This document shows, one piece after another, positions 15,374-19,582 of a DNA stretch of 19,582 bases (within the stretch, counting starts at the first letter, position 1; every line of letters starts with the position of its first letter). A model generated the notes under the pieces. That model was not told the origin of the DNA. It saw only the letters and a program-made list of their open reading frames with translations, and searched no databases. The translations under genes and the position numbers were made by a program. The DNA is taken from positions 1-19,582 of the forward strand of contig JAWCKR010000022.1 of NCBI GenBank assembly GCA_038851755.1. Reading direction: 5' to 3'. Source of the stretch: Candidatus Hadarchaeales archaeon. GTDB lineage: Archaea; Hadarchaeota; Hadarchaeia; Hadarchaeales; WYZ-LMO6.

Positions 15374-16432
15374 ATGGTGGGGCTAAAGCGTTTCTTGAAG
15401 AGGTTGGGAAAGGGCTCCTTCCTAATCATCTCTTTTTTCCTCTTGCTTGACGCCCTCTTGCTTCTGGGGTACTCCCATTCTAGGCCAGAGACGGAGAACC
15501 GAACCCAGGTCCTTCTCTCTTACCGGCACCGCGGGGAATACGATTACGTGGCGCATTTGAAGCCCAACGAACTCTACGACAACAGGCTGGAACTCTCAGC
15601 CGGGGAGGGAACGGTTTACCTTCCCCTGCTGGAGAACCTCTCCCTCACCTTCCGCTATACCTTCTTCTCCACGGAAAAGGGCACTCTTTCTTCCTCCTAT
15701 CGGGTGGAGGTGGTGCTCTCCACCCAGGCTTGGAGCAAGAGCTATCCCTGGCTGGAAAACTCAGTCCAGGCCCCGGGAAACACCTTAGAGTTTTCCACGG
15801 CTTTGGTTCTCGACCCTTCTTGGGTGGAAGAGAGGATGGAGGCGATAAGCTGGGAAACGGGTACTTCCACCCGCAGCTACGACGTGCAGGTGAGGACATC
15901 GGTCCACACGGTTGCCCAGACGGGGAAGGGCACGGTGGACGAATCCTTCTCACCTCAGCTCACCCTTCACTTCGTGAGGGACCCAGCCAAGGGGGAGTAC
16001 CTCACGGTGGAGGGACTGGAGGAAAGGAAGGAGGGAGCGATTATTCATCCAGAGACTCTTCACCGTGGAGAGATAGGAACCCTCAGGAGGATTTCCTATG
16101 TACTGCTGGCGTTCGCACTGTTGTGCGTTTTTCTCACGGGCTGGGCCTACTTCTCGGCTGAGAAACCAAGGAAGGTGGAGGAGCTGGTGGAGCCCCTCCG
16201 GGAGCTGGTGGTGGAACTCTCGGAGGAGCCGAAGGTCCCGGCAGGGGGGACCACGGTGAGGGTGGGAAGGATGGAGGACCTGGGCAAGATTGCCGAAGGG
16301 CTGATGAAGCCGGTCCTGCACGTGAGGCTCCCCTCACACGATGGTGAAGAGCACCTTTTCTTGGTCCTTGACGGCTCCGTGAGGTACGAGCACCGGGTGA
16401 AGGCGCTGGGGGGCATAGTGGTAAAGAGGTAA
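15374..16432 (+). CDS. DUF5305-like membrane protein
   Basis: N-terminal TM, Y..HRGEYDYVA.LKPNELY, extracellular beta domain, second TM, and a cytoplasmic V..MEDL.KIAE.L.KPVLH...DGSVRY tail. This family is typically found next to S26 peptidases. Confidence 0.65.
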   Translation: MVGLKRFLKRLGKGSFLIISFFLLLDALLLLGYSHSRPETENRTQVLLSYRHRGEYDYVAHLKPNELYDNRLELSAGEGTVYLPLLENLSLTFRYTFFSTEKGTLSSSYRVEVVLSTQAWSKSYPWLENSVQAPGNTLEFSTALVLDPSWVEERMEAISWETGTSTRSYDVQVRTSVHTVAQTGKGTVDESFSPQLTLHFVRDPAKGEYLTVEGLEERKEGAIIHPETLHRGEIGTLRRISYVLLAFALLCVFLTGWAYFSAEKPRKVEELVEPLRELVVELSEEPKVPAGGTTVRVGRMEDLGKIAEGLMKPVLHVRLPSHDGEEHLFLVLDGSVRYEHRVKALGGIVVKR

Positions 16433-16489
16433 CACCTTTTCACTCCTGGCGTCTTTTGTTTCCCAAGAGAACCGTGGTTTACCCATCCC

Positions 16490-16495
16490 TTATAA
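16490..16495 (+). promoter_or_regulatory. TATA box (TTATAA) for a probably leaderless protease gene
   Basis: Lies about 24 nt upstream of ATG 16519, and there is no SD before that ATG. Confidence 0.55.
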
Positions 16496-16518
16496 CACCC
16501 GCCATCAAAAATTATTCG

Positions 16519-17334
16519 ATGAAACTCCTGGCGGGTGTGCTGGCCTTTCTCCTTTTGCTGGCCTTCCCCCTCCCCGTCCTGGCGGCCTCTGGGGAGGAGG
16601 ACCCCCTCCCGCAGGAGTGGGTGGGGAAGCACAAGATCGTGGAACACTTCGGGAAGCTGAGCAGGATGGTCCTCGTCCGCTATGTGGGTGAGAGACTCTC
16701 CGAGCCCTCGGAGGTGGTGGAGATAGGGGACCCGGACAACGATGGGGCCGTGGATGCTTACGCGCTTCTGGGTGTGTGGTGGGATCTCTCCAAGTATCCC
16801 GGCGGGGTTCCCTACACGGTGAACCCCACTGTGGCGGCCAGGTCCTACAGGTTGAAGGAGGGTGAAGTGGTGGGGGCCGTCCAGAGGGCCTTCGAGAACT
16901 GGGACGATGCGGTGGAGAGGGAGCTGTACAACAACAGGGTCACGGTGAACTGGAAGGCCAGCGCCAGCCCCAGGCGTCCGGACTACCGGAACGTGGTTAC
17001 GTGGGGAAGGCTGCAGAAGGGGGTGGTGGCCGTCACCTACCTCTGGTACCTCACGGATACGGGAGAACTCGTGGACGCGGATATAGTGTTTAACTCATAC
17101 TACAGATGGGGGATAGACCCCGACGGCGAGGGCACGGGGTACCAGCTGAGCGGGGCTTTCGACCTCCAGAACATAGCCACCCATGAGACCGGTCACTTCA
17201 CGGGCCTCGACGACCTCTATGACGAGCCCTACTGGGCCATGACCATGTACGGCTATGCGGACTTCGGAGAGACGTGCAAGGTTTCCTTGGAGCCTGGGGA
17301 TGTGGCTGGGGTCAGGGCGATTTACGGGTCCTAG
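16519..17334 (+). CDS. Secreted matrixin-like (metzincin, M10-like) zinc metalloprotease
   Basis: Signal peptide MKLLAGVLAFLLLLAFPLPVLA; AFENWD, DADIVFN, FDLQNIATHETGHFTGLDD, Met-turn TMY, LEPGDVAGVRAIYG. Confidence 0.9.
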   Translation: MKLLAGVLAFLLLLAFPLPVLAASGEEDPLPQEWVGKHKIVEHFGKLSRMVLVRYVGERLSEPSEVVEIGDPDNDGAVDAYALLGVWWDLSKYPGGVPYTVNPTVAARSYRLKEGEVVGAVQRAFENWDDAVERELYNNRVTVNWKASASPRRPDYRNVVTWGRLQKGVVAVTYLWYLTDTGELVDADIVFNSYYRWGIDPDGEGTGYQLSGAFDLQNIATHETGHFTGLDDLYDEPYWAMTMYGYADFGETCKVSLEPGDVAGVRAIYGS

Positions 17335-17401
17335 GTGTGCGGGTAAGAGGCCTGAGGACCGCTGAAGCCGTTGCAATGGTTTCCGAGCACCGAACAATCT
17401 T

Positions 17402-17430
17402 CCAGAACAAACTTCAGTAGTCGCTTTTAC
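17402..17430 (+). promoter_or_regulatory. Degenerate third copy of the operator/promoter block
   Basis: CCAGAACAAACTTCAGTAGTCGCTTTTAC matches 11167-11195 at 25/29 positions. Confidence 0.62.
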
Positions 17431-17494
17431 GTGCCCTCCTGAAACTTCCTCCGAGACGTAGCTTCGAATCGAACTGGGTGGGGGTAGGTCAAGG

Positions 17495-18385
17495 TTGGCC
17501 GGTCTGGGAACCTGGGGGAAACCTTCTGAGAACAGGGAGGCTTGGAAAGAGGAGCTTCTGCTGAGGCTGGAGGGAAGAGCCCCTCCTCCTCCGCCCCCCG
17601 AGGAGGTGCCGACGCCGCCACCACCACCGGAGGAAAAAAGGAGGCTCCAGCGGCTCAGGCAGGTTCCCTCCAGGGCCTGGGCGAAGTTCTTCGGCTTCAA
17701 TGTCTCCCTGTGGATGAGGGTGAACAGGCACAGGCTGATCTTCGACCTCGTGCTTTCCTTCCTCATCCTCCTCCTCGTCCTCTTCTCACGCCTTCCCTCT
17801 TGGTCTCTCTGGCCCCTGGTGGGCTTTCTGGTCTTCCTCATGATCGTTTTCTCCCTTCCCTCCTCTTTCATGCTTGGTTTGCGTTACTCCATCCTGGCCG
17901 TGTTCGTCGTGTTGGTCTTCATAGTCATCGTTCTGGGGGTCTGGTTCCTCGTCTCACCGGCGGTCGTGATGATGGCCATGCCGCCGCCACCCGAACCTCC
18001 CACGGCCGCCGGTGAGTACGGGGTGAAGGTGGGGAAGGTCACCCTCTGGGACTATGACATCGAGGGACCGGTGGAGTACCAGGGGGTGCCCTGTACCCGC
18101 ATCACGGCAAGGAAGGCCAAGATCTCCGGGCAGGAGATGACGGGGGGAGGACTGGGATTGGGAGCCTCCTCCATGGAGGTGGAGAACTTCCAGGCTTACG
18201 TCACCTACATGAGGGGGACAGGCAGCGCCTTCGGCATGCGCGTTCGGTCGGGCTGGAAGGGGGGTAGCTCTCCTCCCTGGACGGTGGGGCTCCTGGGGAA
18301 TCCCACCACCTTCTCGGATGTCACCATGCACATGGTCTCGATGGAGGGAAGGAGGATCACGCTCAAGGGGGTGGAGATGGGTTGA
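17495..18385 (+). CDS. Membrane protein with Pro-rich linkers and an extracellular beta domain (DUF6230/DUF6114-associated-like)
   Basis: Poly-Pro tract, about 3 TM segments, PPPPEPP linker, and a C-terminal ...VENFQAYVTYMRG...FSDVTMHMVSMEGRRITLKGVEMG. TTG start uncertain; family call tentative. Confidence 0.55.
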   Translation: MAGLGTWGKPSENREAWKEELLLRLEGRAPPPPPPEEVPTPPPPPEEKRRLQRLRQVPSRAWAKFFGFNVSLWMRVNRHRLIFDLVLSFLILLLVLFSRLPSWSLWPLVGFLVFLMIVFSLPSSFMLGLRYSILAVFVVLVFIVIVLGVWFLVSPAVVMMAMPPPPEPPTAAGEYGVKVGKVTLWDYDIEGPVEYQGVPCTRITARKAKISGQEMTGGGLGLGASSMEVENFQAYVTYMRGTGSAFGMRVRSGWKGGSSPPWTVGLLGNPTTFSDVTMHMVSMEGRRITLKGVEMG

Positions 18386-19557
18386 GCCTCCGCAGACTCC
18401 TCCCGGTGGTCTTACTCCTTTTCTCCCTCCTGCTGGCGGTCCCCCTCGTGCTGAAGGGGAGGGTGTACGTGATGCAGGGGGGATCCATGGAGCCCTCCAT
18501 CTCCAACGGCGACCTAGTCCTCCTGAAGCCGGCCGGGGAGATACAGGAGGGCGACGTGGTGGTGTACAGGAACATCTGCCACCGGGTGCTCTCCGTGGGA
18601 GAGGAGACCCTCACTACCAAAGGGGACGCCAACCCTGACCCCGATCCCTGGGTGGTGCCCAGGAATGCGGTGGTGGGGAAGGTGGACAGAGTGATTCCCG
18701 GACTGGGTTCCCTCTTCCTCTTTGCCCGTTCTCCCCTTGGTATAGCCCTCTTCGCGGGTCTCTTCTTCCTCCTAGCTTTCACCTGGGCCATGCCAGAGGT
18801 CAAGGTGGGCAGGCCGCGTCTCACCCTCAGGGAGGGGCTCATGGCCCTCCCCTCGGTGGGGCTGGCCGTAGCCTGGTATTTCTCCAGCGGCCTGTTAAGG
18901 CTGCTCTTCTTCACCCTTCTCTGCTTTTCCGTCCCGCTCTTCCTGAACTCCCTTTCCTCCCTCAAACGCCTCAGGGAGAGGTGGCCCTTCTGGGCCATCG
19001 TGCTCGCCTTCCTGGGTGGGGCCTGGATCCTGACTTCCTGCAGGGTGGTGCCTGGCCTGCTCTACCTCCACCATCCGGACCTCTTCTTCACCCCCATCCT
19101 GGCCCTTCTCACCATGGGTCTGGCGGGGGCCATGCTCTGGCTCCGCTCGGACCGACTTACTTCCATCATAGGAGTGGTGCTCATCGTCGTGGGCATCATC
19201 ACCTTCTTCTCCATGCCGATAGGGGAGGTTTTCGCCTCTCTCTTCACCATCGTGGCAGGGGCGCACGCCCTAGCCTGGCAGCCTCCATCCACCCCCGGGA
19301 TGTCTTCCCTGGTGGAGCTCCCCCAGCGCGAGGAGGAGAGGGAGGAGGAAAGGGAGGTCCCGCCCCTGGAAGAGGAGAGTGCTCCCCCCGCTCTGGAGGA
19401 GAGGAGAGGAGGGAGGGGGAGTGGGCTGGAGGAGGTGGTGGGCAGGATTCATTCCCTTTTGCGCTCGTCGTTGGAAAGGAGGGGAGAAGAACCCGCAAGC
19501 ACGGAGAGCGGTCAAGCCCCGATCCACGACGGAGAAAACCCAGAGGTGAAGGAATGA
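18382..19557 (+). CDS. Second S26B signal peptidase I fused to a DUF6114-like membrane domain
   Basis: GGSMEPSISNGD, ICHRV, TKGDANPDPDPW. C-half RERWPFWAIVLAFLGGAWIL...IVAGAHALAWQP resembles DUF6114. TTGA overlap with the previous gene. Confidence 0.8.
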   Translation: MSLRRLLPVVLLLFSLLLAVPLVLKGRVYVMQGGSMEPSISNGDLVLLKPAGEIQEGDVVVYRNICHRVLSVGEETLTTKGDANPDPDPWVVPRNAVVGKVDRVIPGLGSLFLFARSPLGIALFAGLFFLLAFTWAMPEVKVGRPRLTLREGLMALPSVGLAVAWYFSSGLLRLLFFTLLCFSVPLFLNSLSSLKRLRERWPFWAIVLAFLGGAWILTSCRVVPGLLYLHHPDLFFTPILALLTMGLAGAMLWLRSDRLTSIIGVVLIVVGIITFFSMPIGEVFASLFTIVAGAHALAWQPPSTPGMSSLVELPQREEEREEEREVPPLEEESAPPALEERRGGRGSGLEEVVGRIHSLLRSSLERRGEEPASTESGQAPIHDGENPEVKE

Positions 19558-19582
19558 GGAAAGGAGTCTTCTTGGCAGCTTC
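19554..19582 (+). CDS. Start of the next, translationally coupled gene (MRKESSWQL...), truncated by the window end
   Basis: ATGA overlap with the stop at 19557, SD GAGGTGA upstream, and the frame stays open to the window end. Confidence 0.45.

Noticed and set aside
17581-17632. CCT/CCG/CCA short repeats as a contingency or phase-variation tract
   Set aside because: They are mixed codons encoding a poly-Pro linker, not a pure slippage repeat.

Overview
GC-rich archaeal DNA, judged from the archaeal-type TPI, Hjc, Hef-type helicase, PGF-pre-PGF domain, AGG-dominated Arg codons and TATA-type promoters. A Hadarchaeota-like lineage is only a guess. Bases 1-6309 hold a 5'-truncated tyrosine recombinase with a Zn-ribbon, a polysaccharide deacetylase, an Hjc-like nuclease, a nuclease-less Hef/FANCM helicase, tpiA and three helix-turn-helix regulators. 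Bases ~6340-19582 form a co-oriented cell-surface/extracellular-fibre locus with three parts. (A) A secreted Cys-rich subunit, an Ig-rich membrane partner, and a membrane-anchored protein carrying an 864-bp near-identical copy of the subunit. (B) Two TasA/SipW-class signal-peptide proteins, a SipW-type peptidase fused in frame to a third, very Cys-rich TasA-like substrate, a DUF5305-like protein and a matrixin-like protease. (C) A membrane protein and a second S26 peptidase fused to a DUF6114-like domain. All three parts sit behind a shared promoter/operator motif. Parts A and B also share a 70-nt identical, hairpin-rich 5' leader that looks like a riboswitch-type RNA. All family calls come from motif recognition by eye; no searches were run.
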